The notes: a model not told the origin generated them from the letters alone. DNA of 64,000 bases from an uncultured Bacteroidota bacterium (GCA_902800395.1 CADCEC010000009.1:10488-74487), one strand, 5' to 3'; shown: positions 53,876-62,049, counted from the first letter of the stretch. Translations and numbers: made by a program.

Positions 53876-53893
53876 GAAGTAAGAACTAAGAAT
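53851..53893. repeat. (TAAGAAC)6 heptamer repeat from the GH29 C-terminus to the GAF gene ATG
   Basis: taaggaactaagaactaagaactaagaagtaagaactaagaat. Confidence 0.9.
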
Positions 53894-54364
53894 ATGACGA
53901 AAGAAGATAAATATGCCGCCCTGCTGCCGCAGGTGAAAGCCCTCTGCGAGGGAGAAGAGGATATCATCGCCAAGATGGCCAACGTCAGCGCCCTGCTGCA
54001 CCAGGAATTTGCCTTCTGGTGGACTGGATTTTACCGCGTCGTGGGCAACGAGCTGCTACTTGGGCCTTTTCAAGGTCCCATTGCCTGCGTGCATATCGCC
54101 TATGGGCGAGGCGTCTGCGGCACAGCGTGGAAAGAGCATCGCACCGTGGTGGTGCCCGACGTGGAGGAATTTCCCGGACATATCGCCTGCAGCAGCGAGA
54201 GTCGCAGCGAGATTGTAGTGCCCGTGTTTAAAGTGGAAAGTGGAAAGCGGAAAGTGGAAAACAAGGAGGTCATTGCCGTCCTGGACATCGATAGCCGCGA
54301 ACTAGCCACTTTCGACGACATCGACGCCCGATGGCTCGAGCAAATCGTCAAACACATCCCCTGA
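53894..54364 (+). CDS. GAF domain protein (free methionine-R-sulfoxide reductase-like)
   Basis: WTGFYRV...LLGPFQGPIAC..I.YGRGVCG and SEIVVP...VLDIDS. Carries one (GGAAAGT)n insert. Confidence 0.8.
   Translation: MTKEDKYAALLPQVKALCEGEEDIIAKMANVSALLHQEFAFWWTGFYRVVGNELLLGPFQGPIACVHIAYGRGVCGTAWKEHRTVVVPDVEEFPGHIACSSESRSEIVVPVFKVESGKRKVENKEVIAVLDIDSRELATFDDIDARWLEQIVKHIP
54230..54262 (+). repeat. (GGAAAGT)4 repeat, in frame in the GAF gene (KVESGKRKVEN)
   Basis: aaagtggaaagtggaaagcggaaagtggaaaac. Confidence 0.9.
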
Positions 54365-54373
54365 CCTCTCACC

Positions 54374-55063
54374 CTACTCAAAACGGTATCCCACCAACAA
54401 TGAAACCTTATAGGGATAGACGTATGTTCCCGGCGTCTCAAGATTGAGGATATCCGTAATGCCCATACGGGCATCCAGTTGCAACTGCCACTTGTTTTCG
54501 AATTCATAGCCCACCGCCAGCGCGACACCGGCATGGATGTCGCTCAATGCGAAACGGACCTTGCCGGTAACGGGGTCGGTATATACCTGCCGCCGATAGA
54601 GATTGATACCCTCGTCGACATACGAATAAAAAACGAAATGGCAGAAGGGAGCCACCGAGAAGAAAAGGTTCCCCGAAGAGATCGGAACACGATAGATTAC
54701 AGGCAACGAGAAGTCTGTTCCCATCGTGAGCATGTAACTGCGGTGAGTGGAAAAACTAAGGGTGGTGCAGTCCATCCCCAAACGACCGTTGAGCTGCACA
54801 CTCCACCGGCGGGTGATGTGGTACTCGAAGAAAGCCCCTATGTCGACACCCACACCGGGGGTGGCGCTAAGAAGAGAGTCCATAATAAGGGTGTCGCGCA
54901 GCAAGGGATCCACACGCATGACAAAAGACGAGATATTGCCTCCTCCTTGAAGCCCCCAGCTGATAGTCTGCCGATGGTCGTCATCGTCGCCCCACACCTC
55001 CGTCTGCGCATAGACCGAATTGAAAAAAGAAATTATCGCGACAAGAACAAATACCCTCTTCAT
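54374..55063 (-). CDS. Outer-membrane beta-barrel (porin family) protein
   Basis: Signal peptide ending VYAQ, alternating beta-strand pattern, and aromatic C-terminus ...VGYRFE. Confidence 0.65.
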   Translation of the reverse strand: MKRVFVLVAIISFFNSVYAQTEVWGDDDDHRQTISWGLQGGGNISSFVMRVDPLLRDTLIMDSLLSATPGVGVDIGAFFEYHITRRWSVQLNGRLGMDCTTLSFSTHRSYMLTMGTDFSLPVIYRVPISSGNLFFSVAPFCHFVFYSYVDEGINLYRRQVYTDPVTGKVRFALSDIHAGVALAVGYEFENKWQLQLDARMGITDILNLETPGTYVYPYKVSLLVGYRFE

Positions 55064-55097
55064 AACTATTATCTATTAACTATCATCTATTAACTAC
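55064..55097. repeat. (TATCTATTAACTAT)n 14-nt repeat filling the DUF5686-gene/OMP-gene spacer
   Basis: aactattatctattaactatcatctattaactac. Confidence 0.85.
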
Positions 55098-55098
55098 T

Positions 55099-57738
55099 TT
55101 ATAGCTGGAACTTCAGGTCGATACGAATAAACCAACGCTCGTCGGTAGGAAGACCCTCGAGATAACTTAAGCGACGCACATAGTCGACTCGAAGGAACTT
55201 GAGGATATTCTCAATACCGATGCTATACTCCATATAAGGCGTGGTGCCAAAAGCTTTGGTGTCCGGGGGAAATTGGTAGAGTCCCACGGGATCATTCATC
55301 GGGTTGTTTTTAGGGCTCAATCCTCCATAGAGGATATTGAATCCTACCACTTCCCGCAAACGAAGTCTGTTGATGAGCGGTATTCGGTTGAGTATCCATC
55401 CTTTCAAATGGTAGGTAGCATAGAAGGCTACCCATTGGTCCATAATGAACTCCATGGGTTTCATGGTGTTGAAGGCCGACGAGGAAAGGAAGAGTCCTGT
55501 ATTGCCGCTGGGGATGTAGAGCCGCGGATAGGGAACACGGTTCCAAACCACTCCGGAGACCAGCTTGGCGTCGATATGCCCGAAAGAGGAGAGCCAGAAT
55601 CGCTTCTCCGCCGAGAAATCGGTACGGTGGAACAATGTGGCACCGTCAAACATGGCTACCGTGTGACTCAGATTAATGGTGGGGGCGTCACGTCGCAACG
55701 ACGACTGCTTCTCGCGTCTACGCGTACCCGAGACGAAATTGGGCGTAAAACTCAGACTGCCAGTCCATTCGGCTTCCGTGAAGAAATCAACATCCCGCAG
55801 CGTGCCGTCAGGCTGATACTGAAGGTACTGCAGCAATCCCGCAGGCTCATATCGCCGCGCTGCCACCCAGGTGTCGAAGCGCAGATGGCTGCGCCATTCC
55901 TTACGCAACCTCAGCACTGCTTGCGTCACATATTGCACTTTCTTCGGACTCTCCGTCGACGACAGGATGTTGTCGCGGTCGAAGTTGTCGTAGGCCTGGC
56001 CGGGAGTTTCCAACTCATAACCCGCCATCAGACTCAGACTGCTGTAAGGTCCTTCATGCGAATGACGTTCCTTGTCATCGAAAGTATACGTATAAGTGGA
56101 ACTGAATTTGGGACGCTGGTCACGGAAGCCGTAGGCCAAATAACCCTCCCAGAAATGGCGCGGACTGAGTTTTGCTTTCGTCATACCGCCCACGCGCACT
56201 CGCCAGCCTTCTTCATGGTTGTGACTGAGGAAGTTGTATACAGGTCCAAAGTCAAAACGGCTCTCCTTGCGCTCTTTCCTGGTGGAGATGTAGCCGCTGA
56301 CAAGCACTTCGCCGGTGCGCTTGATGAACTGAAACTCTGGCAGGCGCTCCAGCTCCACCCACATGCTGTCGAGCACCGTCTCCTTGGCGCTGAGTTTCAC
56401 AGGACGCACGGCGTTGAACTCGCTCTTGTAGCGCGTCATCTTATCCTTCGGCAGCGACGCCTCGTGCTCAAAAGCCGAAAAGAGACTGTCGGGCAGCATT
56501 TCCGCCGTATCACTCAGGTCGTAGTTCGTGTATACTCGCATCTGGTGTACATAGAGCTCCTGGATGTGCTTCGAGATATACATCCGACCGTAGGTATCAC
56601 ATCTATAGGGAAGATAACGTCTCGTCACACTGTCCTTGTGGAATGTCTGCACAATGGTTAGGTCGCGTACAAAGTTCAGGTTCACCTTGGGCGACACCGC
56701 CAGCACATACTTCGCCACAGCGAAAGAGCTGTCTGCATCTAGCGCCACATACATCCTCCCCGTGAAACCATAGCTCTGCTCGTTGGCCGGCACGAAACTG
56801 AGCTCCACACATTTCTGTCCGTCGACAAAAGTGGTGTCAGTAATATAGTATTTGTAGTAGGTAACAGCCATAAACGAGGAGAGTGGACTGACAAAATGAT
56901 TCAGCATCAATTCGATGTCTCCGTCATAGATATCTACGGGCATAAACATCGCCTCAATGTTGGCATCCAACCCCTCATCGCTGAGCACCTCATCGAGGCC
57001 CTCCATGCGTTTTCCCGTCAACAGGCGGCGGCGCTGACTGGGTTTCTGCCTATAGCTCTCCTCGGCTAGATACTCTCGCATCGATACCACCAGTATAGGT
57101 GTGGCATCAAAGGGGGTCTCGTCGATATATTTCTCCAGAAAATCAAGTTTACGCCAAAACCAACTATTCTCGAAGTCGGGATCGAAATCGTCGAGCGACA
57201 TCGAGAGCCTCTCGTAAGCATCTCTTCGCCATTGCGGTGCACCGTCCAGACGGTTCTCCTCCTTGTGGGCTATCACCTTTTCCACAAGTTCCACAGCGGG
57301 ATTGTGCCTCCGCGAATACTTCCCACTACCCTTCTTCGCCGTCACCTCCACAGCCTTCAACGTCTGCCCCTTGGGTACCAGCTTCACCGTCGCTCGCTTC
57401 TTCGTCTTCCCACGCTGCAACTTCATCTTCTGCGGCTCATAGCCCATCATGCGGAAACTCACGGTGGTGTAACCCTGCTCGTTGCTGATGCTGAACTTGC
57501 CGTCCATATCTGTCTCCGTACCCACGGTGGTACCATCGAAGACTATCTGCACAAAGGGTATCGGTTCGTTCGTCTCTGCATCCACCACCTTGCCCTTCAG
57601 CGCCGTCGTCGCACTCTGCGCCTGAACACTTGAAAAATGAAAAATGAAAAATGAAAAAACAAGGAATGAAAGGATGCGAAAGGCAACTATTGTCCTTTCA
57701 CTCCCTTTCACTCCTTTTTCACTCCCTTTCACTCCCAT
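55099..57738 (-). CDS. Carboxypeptidase-regulatory-like domain plus DUF5686-like large outer-membrane protein
   Basis: LKGKVVDAETNEPIPFVQIVF.GT.VGTETDMDGKFSI followed by a long beta-rich region. The N-terminal ~36 codons are repeat-derived, so the start is uncertain (ATG 57738 or a GTG 27 nt downstream). Confidence 0.7.
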   Translation of the reverse strand: MGVKGSEKGVKGSERTIVAFRILSFLVFSFFIFHFSSVQAQSATTALKGKVVDAETNEPIPFVQIVFDGTTVGTETDMDGKFSISNEQGYTTVSFRMMGYEPQKMKLQRGKTKKRATVKLVPKGQTLKAVEVTAKKGSGKYSRRHNPAVELVEKVIAHKEENRLDGAPQWRRDAYERLSMSLDDFDPDFENSWFWRKLDFLEKYIDETPFDATPILVVSMREYLAEESYRQKPSQRRRLLTGKRMEGLDEVLSDEGLDANIEAMFMPVDIYDGDIELMLNHFVSPLSSFMAVTYYKYYITDTTFVDGQKCVELSFVPANEQSYGFTGRMYVALDADSSFAVAKYVLAVSPKVNLNFVRDLTIVQTFHKDSVTRRYLPYRCDTYGRMYISKHIQELYVHQMRVYTNYDLSDTAEMLPDSLFSAFEHEASLPKDKMTRYKSEFNAVRPVKLSAKETVLDSMWVELERLPEFQFIKRTGEVLVSGYISTRKERKESRFDFGPVYNFLSHNHEEGWRVRVGGMTKAKLSPRHFWEGYLAYGFRDQRPKFSSTYTYTFDDKERHSHEGPYSSLSLMAGYELETPGQAYDNFDRDNILSSTESPKKVQYVTQAVLRLRKEWRSHLRFDTWVAARRYEPAGLLQYLQYQPDGTLRDVDFFTEAEWTGSLSFTPNFVSGTRRREKQSSLRRDAPTINLSHTVAMFDGATLFHRTDFSAEKRFWLSSFGHIDAKLVSGVVWNRVPYPRLYIPSGNTGLFLSSSAFNTMKPMEFIMDQWVAFYATYHLKGWILNRIPLINRLRLREVVGFNILYGGLSPKNNPMNDPVGLYQFPPDTKAFGTTPYMEYSIGIENILKFLRVDYVRRLSYLEGLPTDERWFIRIDLKFQL
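57631..57736. repeat. (TGAAAAA)4, then an inverted pair of (GTGAAAGG)-type blocks, forming the first ~36 codons of the DUF5686-like gene
   Basis: tgaaaaatgaaaaatgaaaaatgaaaaaac; ggaatgaaaggatgcgaaagg; cctttcactccctttcactcctttttcactccctttcactccc. Confidence 0.85.
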
Positions 57739-57741
57739 AAA

Positions 57742-60700
57742 TTATTTAAATGCATTCTCACTCAGTCCATGTCCGCTCAGCGCAAGGTCTTTCATGTAGC
57801 CCGGCACCTCACGGCCGAGGTACTTGTCGACATACAACTTGGCAAGATACTGGCCCAGCATGAATCCGTGTCCACGCAAACCCGTCAAGAGGCCCACTTC
57901 GGGGTCGACGATGTAGCGCGGCTCGGTGTAGCGACCCGCCCAGCAGGCCAGGAAGCTGACATCCTTGAGGCTGGGCAGCCATTCGGCAAAGACCTGGCTG
58001 ACAATTTCGAGGAACTCTTTGCTGTTGTACTTGATGTTCTGACGCGTCTCGTAGGCGTCGGTGTCGGGGCTGGCGCAGCCGATAATCTGGCCAGTGTGCT
58101 CGAACTGCTGTCCGTAGACGGCGCTGAAGCCCTTGTAGTGGCGACGGTCGATAATCATATCCAGCGGGCCGCCGTTGGGTCCCATCATAGGCAGGCGGCG
58201 TGTGATGAAGGCCTGGTGCTTCACGGGATAGAGGCCGGTGTCGATGCCCAGCATATCGGTGAACTTCTCGGCACCCCAGCCCATGGCGTTGACGAAATGG
58301 CCGCAGGTGTACTCGACATACTTGCCCTCGTGATTGCGTACCAGTGCGACGACCTTGTCGCCCTTGCGCCAAACGCTGAGCAGCTCGGTGTCCTCGTAGT
58401 AGCGGCCACCGAGGCTCACGCCGATACCGCGGATATAATCGATGACGCGACCCGGCGTAGCCTGCCAGCAGTCGCGCGTAATCAACGCGTGGCTGTATGT
58501 GTCGCGCGTGTCGTCCCACAGCGGCGAAATCTCTTTCTTGAAATCCTTGCGGTCAATCATGTAGGCGTCGCTCCAAGCGCGGCTGGCATCGAGGGCTTTA
58601 TAGGTAGCCTCGTCATGCACTAGATTGACATAGTGCGTGGGCTTATAGTTGATATTGTGTACTTTCTGTATGCCTTTGAAGATTTCGTGGCTGTGCTGTG
58701 CGATGTCGGCGATATCGGGATTCGAGAATGCCGGACGGCCGCCGCCGATATTCCTCCACGAGGCACCGCGGCTCCAGTTCACCATCACGGGCTTCATACC
58801 TGCCTCGCTGAAGTAGCGGAACAGGCCACTGCCCGCAATACCGCCGCCAGCAATGAACACCTTCACCTCCTCCTTCTGTACGTCGTTGCCCTTCGGGAAG
58901 ACATACACCTCCTTACGGCCTTCAGTGTAGACATCACCGAGCGACACCTGGTTGCTCAGCGGCGCGCGTGGAGTGGCGTCGCCGGTGAGCTCTATGCCGT
59001 GGGCTTTCAGCACTCCGCGGGCGCGGGCAATGCAGCGCTTTCCGCGGCAGGGACCCATACCCATGCGGGTGATGTGCTTCAGCTCGTCGACAGAGATATA
59101 CTTGCGGTCGCCCACAACCTCCAGCATCTGCTCCTCGGTGATATCCTCGCAATGGCAGATGTAAGTAGGCTCTTTCTGAGCATTCTGAGTATTCTGAGTA
59201 TTTAGACCACTTGGATATTTCTCTTTCACAATAAATCCCTTCACATCGGTCATCTGGCCGTCGACTTGAGCGACGAAGACGCGTGCCACATTGGTCTTGT
59301 TGTCTTTCTTGAGCACCTTCTCCACCTTGCCCTCGCCAATCTTCTTTCCGTTGTTGTCCACCAACCACACCTCGGCACCGTCCTCCACCTCGTACTCGAT
59401 GGGCAAAAAACACCAGTTCTTCGCCATATCGTAGCCAAATATAGCCAGGCCGGGGCAGTGGTTCACGCAGGCCATACAGCCGATGCACTTGTTGTAGTCC
59501 ACCGTCGGCGTACTGCTGGTAGTGGGCTTGCTGATGGCACCCTGCGGACAGCTGAAAGTACAGGGATTGCAGGCGAAGCCGTAGAGGCAGTCCAGCTGCA
59601 CGAAAGGCTTCATCGCCATGCGCTCCGGAGTGGGCAGGTTCGGCTTCTCCAGCAGACGGATGGGGTGCTGCTGCGAGTCGATATACTGGCGCGAAATGTC
59701 GAGATACTCGTCGTAGTTGAAACGAATGGCGAGTTCCTGGGCAATCTCGTAGGCAGCCTGCTTGCCACGCAGCACAGCGCTGGTGCCCTCGCCAATCCTC
59801 ACCGCGTCACCCACACCGTAGACATGATGCCCAAAGAGTTCCTTACCCTTGGTCAGCAGCTGGTTGTCGGGCACCAAGCCGGTGCAGATATTGATGATGT
59901 CGATATCGTCTATCACCTGCTCGGTGCCGGGGATAGGCTTGAAGTTCTCGCACTTGGCAATGACGGCGCCCGTGATGCCGGTATACTTTTTATTAGGTAT
60001 CGCACGCACCAGCGTGTAGCCCGTCATGATGGGGATGCCGAGTCGGCGCACACGGTTGGCCTGCACCGGGAAGCCACCCTCGCGGGGCATAGCCTCGATG
60101 ATGGCCTTGATGGTGGCTCCGGCCTGCATGCCCTGATACGAGGTCAGGTAGCCGATATTGCCGGCACCCACCGTCAGCACCCGCTTACCCAACAGCGTAT
60201 GCTCCTGATTCATCATTTTCTGGAATACGGCGGCGGTGTAGACACCCGGCACATCGTCGTTCTCGAAAGCCGGCATGAATGGTACGGCACCCGTGGCCAC
60301 CACGAGGAACTGGGCATCCACGTAGGCCATCTCGCTGGTAATGATATTCTTTATCGCAATACGCGGACCCTCCAGCAGGTCCCACACCGTATTGTTCAGC
60401 AGTATGCCCTCCTGATTGTCACCGGCCAATGTCTTTGCAATATCGAAGCCACGCATGCCGCCGTATTTCTTCTCCTTCTCGAAGAAGAAGAACTGGTGTG
60501 TCTGCATGTTGAACTGGCCTCCGATACGGCCGTTGTTGTCGATGACAAGGTTGTCCACCCCGAAAGCATTCAGCTGCTCGCGGCAAGCCAATCCCGCAGG
60601 ACCGGCTCCGATGATGGCTACGGTGGTCTTATAGATAGTCAATGCACTTTCAGCCTGCGACTTGGCAGGAGCATCAAATGTAACACCCGGCAGGTCAGCC

Positions 60701-60987
60701 TCATGGGCGATGACACGTACCTCCTTGACATTGTCCACCGGCGTGATGCAGATTCTCCGCACCTTGCCGTCGACCAGCATCTCGCAGGCACCGCATTTGC
60801 CGATGCCGCACTCCAAACTGCGGTTGCGGCCCCGCAGCGAATGACTGTGTACCGGGAAACCGGCCTCATGCAGCGCTTTGGCGATGGTGTAGCCTTTGCG
60901 GCCTTTCACAGGTTTGCCTTCAAAGAGAAACTCGACCTCCTCACGCTGCGGGATGTCAAGGATGGGGTGATTTTGGATGCTGTACAT
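57742..60987 (-). CDS. Multidomain flavin/Fe-S oxidoreductase: 2Fe-2S domain, NAD(P)/FAD pyridine-nucleotide-disulfide oxidoreductase, 4Fe-4S ferredoxin-like, BFD-like 2Fe-2S, and DAO-type FAD dehydrogenase
   Basis: CGIGKCGACEMLVDG; VAIIGAGPAGLA and VGAGNIGY; CIGCMACVNHCP; ICHCEDIT...MGMGPCRGKRC; and IAGGGIAGSG at the start of the DAO-like half. Confidence 0.75.
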   Translation of the reverse strand: MYSIQNHPILDIPQREEVEFLFEGKPVKGRKGYTIAKALHEAGFPVHSHSLRGRNRSLECGIGKCGACEMLVDGKVRRICITPVDNVKEVRVIAHEADLPGVTFDAPAKSQAESALTIYKTTVAIIGAGPAGLACREQLNAFGVDNLVIDNNGRIGGQFNMQTHQFFFFEKEKKYGGMRGFDIAKTLAGDNQEGILLNNTVWDLLEGPRIAIKNIITSEMAYVDAQFLVVATGAVPFMPAFENDDVPGVYTAAVFQKMMNQEHTLLGKRVLTVGAGNIGYLTSYQGMQAGATIKAIIEAMPREGGFPVQANRVRRLGIPIMTGYTLVRAIPNKKYTGITGAVIAKCENFKPIPGTEQVIDDIDIINICTGLVPDNQLLTKGKELFGHHVYGVGDAVRIGEGTSAVLRGKQAAYEIAQELAIRFNYDEYLDISRQYIDSQQHPIRLLEKPNLPTPERMAMKPFVQLDCLYGFACNPCTFSCPQGAISKPTTSSTPTVDYNKCIGCMACVNHCPGLAIFGYDMAKNWCFLPIEYEVEDGAEVWLVDNNGKKIGEGKVEKVLKKDNKTNVARVFVAQVDGQMTDVKGFIVKEKYPSGLNTQNTQNAQKEPTYICHCEDITEEQMLEVVGDRKYISVDELKHITRMGMGPCRGKRCIARARGVLKAHGIELTGDATPRAPLSNQVSLGDVYTEGRKEVYVFPKGNDVQKEEVKVFIAGGGIAGSGLFRYFSEAGMKPVMVNWSRGASWRNIGGGRPAFSNPDIADIAQHSHEIFKGIQKVHNINYKPTHYVNLVHDEATYKALDASRAWSDAYMIDRKDFKKEISPLWDDTRDTYSHALITRDCWQATPGRVIDYIRGIGVSLGGRYYEDTELLSVWRKGDKVVALVRNHEGKYVEYTCGHFVNAMGWGAEKFTDMLGIDTGLYPVKHQAFITRRLPMMGPNGGPLDMIIDRRHYKGFSAVYGQQFEHTGQIIGCASPDTDAYETRQNIKYNSKEFLEIVSQVFAEWLPSLKDVSFLACWAGRYTEPRYIVDPEVGLLTGLRGHGFMLGQYLAKLYVDKYLGREVPGYMKDLALSGHGLSENAFK
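59174..59203. repeat. (ATTCTGAGT) 9-nt repeat, in frame in the 1081-aa oxidoreductase (NTQNTQNAQ)
   Basis: ttctgagcattctgagtattctgagtattt. Confidence 0.8.
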
Positions 60988-60993
60988 ATTTTT

Positions 60994-61072
60994 GTAATGT
61001 TTAACGTTTATCGGTTAAGGGTTAATGAGCGAAGTGATTGATTCTTAATTCCTAATTCTCAATTCTCGATTC
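60994..61072. repeat. Two adjacent repeat blocks in the oxidoreductase/ypfJ divergent region
   Basis: gtaatgtttaacgtttatcggttaagggttaatgag, then attcttaattcctaattctcaattctcgattc. Confidence 0.7.
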
Positions 61073-61154
61073 GCAAAGCCAACCACAAAAGTAATCATCT
61101 TTTTTGACAAATGCAAGAAAAAAATCAAAAAGTTGTCGGAATGTTTTTTTTTCG

Positions 61155-61162
61155 TATCTTTG
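61155..61162 (+). promoter_or_regulatory. -7 promoter box TATCTTTG (ypfJ)
   Basis: TAnnTTTG, 30 nt upstream of the ATG at 61192. Confidence 0.5.
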
Positions 61163-61191
61163 CATTTTAGAATTTTTTTAACCTTCATATT

Positions 61192-62049
61192 ATGAATCTC
61201 AAAGGTAGAAGACAGAGCACAAATGTAGACGACCGCCGCGGGAAGGGCGGAAAGATTGCCCTGGGCGGCGGTATCCTCGGCGTCATCGTCGCCGGATTAA
61301 TGGTCCTCCTCAACGGTGGCGACCTCGGCACCGCCGTCGAACAGGCAGTGAACAGTGCCCAAAACGGCACCTCGGAGAACTACACCCCTTCGGCCGAAGA
61401 GGAGCAGCTGGCGGTGTTTGCCAAACAGATTCTCGCCTCCACAGAGGATGTCTGGACGGCGGAGTTCAAGAAGATGGGACGCACCTACCGCGCCCCGAAA
61501 CTGGTGCTCTTCCACGGCAGCGTGCAGAGCGGCTGCGGCGGCGCCACCTCGGCAGCAGGCCCCTTCTACTGCTCGGCCGACGAGTGCGTGTACCTCGACC
61601 TCGATTTCTTCGCCAGCATGAAGAAAACCATCGGCGCCGACGGCGACTTCGCCTACGCCTACGTCATCGCCCACGAAGTGGGACACCATGTGCAACACCT
61701 CCTCGGCACCCTCGACGAGGCCCACAAGACCATGAGCCGCGCCTCCGAGAAGGAGAAGAATCAAATCAGCGTCCGCCTCGAGCTGCAGGCCGACTTCTAC
61801 GCCGGCGTGTGGGGCTATCACGAAAACCAGATGTTCGGCTCGCTGGAAGAGGGCGACATCGAGGAAGCCGTGAATGCCGCCGGCAAGATTGGCGACGACT
61901 ACCTGCAGAAGAAGGGACGCGGATACTCGGTGCCCGACAGCTTCACCCACGGCACCTCGGCACAGCGCACCAAATGGCTCAAAAAAGGCCTCCAGTCAGG
62001 CAATATAAAACTCGGCGATACTTTCTCCCCCAGCTATAACAGCCTGTAA
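61192..62049 (+). CDS. ypfJ: Neutral zinc metallopeptidase (YpfJ family)
   Basis: N-terminus GRRQSTNVDDRRG, a TM segment, and the HEVGHHVQ zinc motif. Confidence 0.85.
   Translation: MNLKGRRQSTNVDDRRGKGGKIALGGGILGVIVAGLMVLLNGGDLGTAVEQAVNSAQNGTSENYTPSAEEEQLAVFAKQILASTEDVWTAEFKKMGRTYRAPKLVLFHGSVQSGCGGATSAAGPFYCSADECVYLDLDFFASMKKTIGADGDFAYAYVIAHEVGHHVQHLLGTLDEAHKTMSRASEKEKNQISVRLELQADFYAGVWGYHENQMFGSLEEGDIEEAVNAAGKIGDDYLQKKGRGYSVPDSFTHGTSAQRTKWLKKGLQSGNIKLGDTFSPSYNSL

Noticed and set aside
59266-61041. A 591-aa ORF on the plus strand, and many other long antisense or alternate-frame ORFs in the track (for example 30806-31957 minus, 32896-33852 minus, 2377-3144 minus, 15216-16187 plus, 55273-56661 plus).
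   Set aside because: Each lies entirely opposite or out of frame to a gene with clear family motifs. Their translations are low-complexity (G/A/V/D/H/R-rich) with no recognisable motifs. Such shadow ORFs are expected in GC-rich coding DNA with strong third-position bias.
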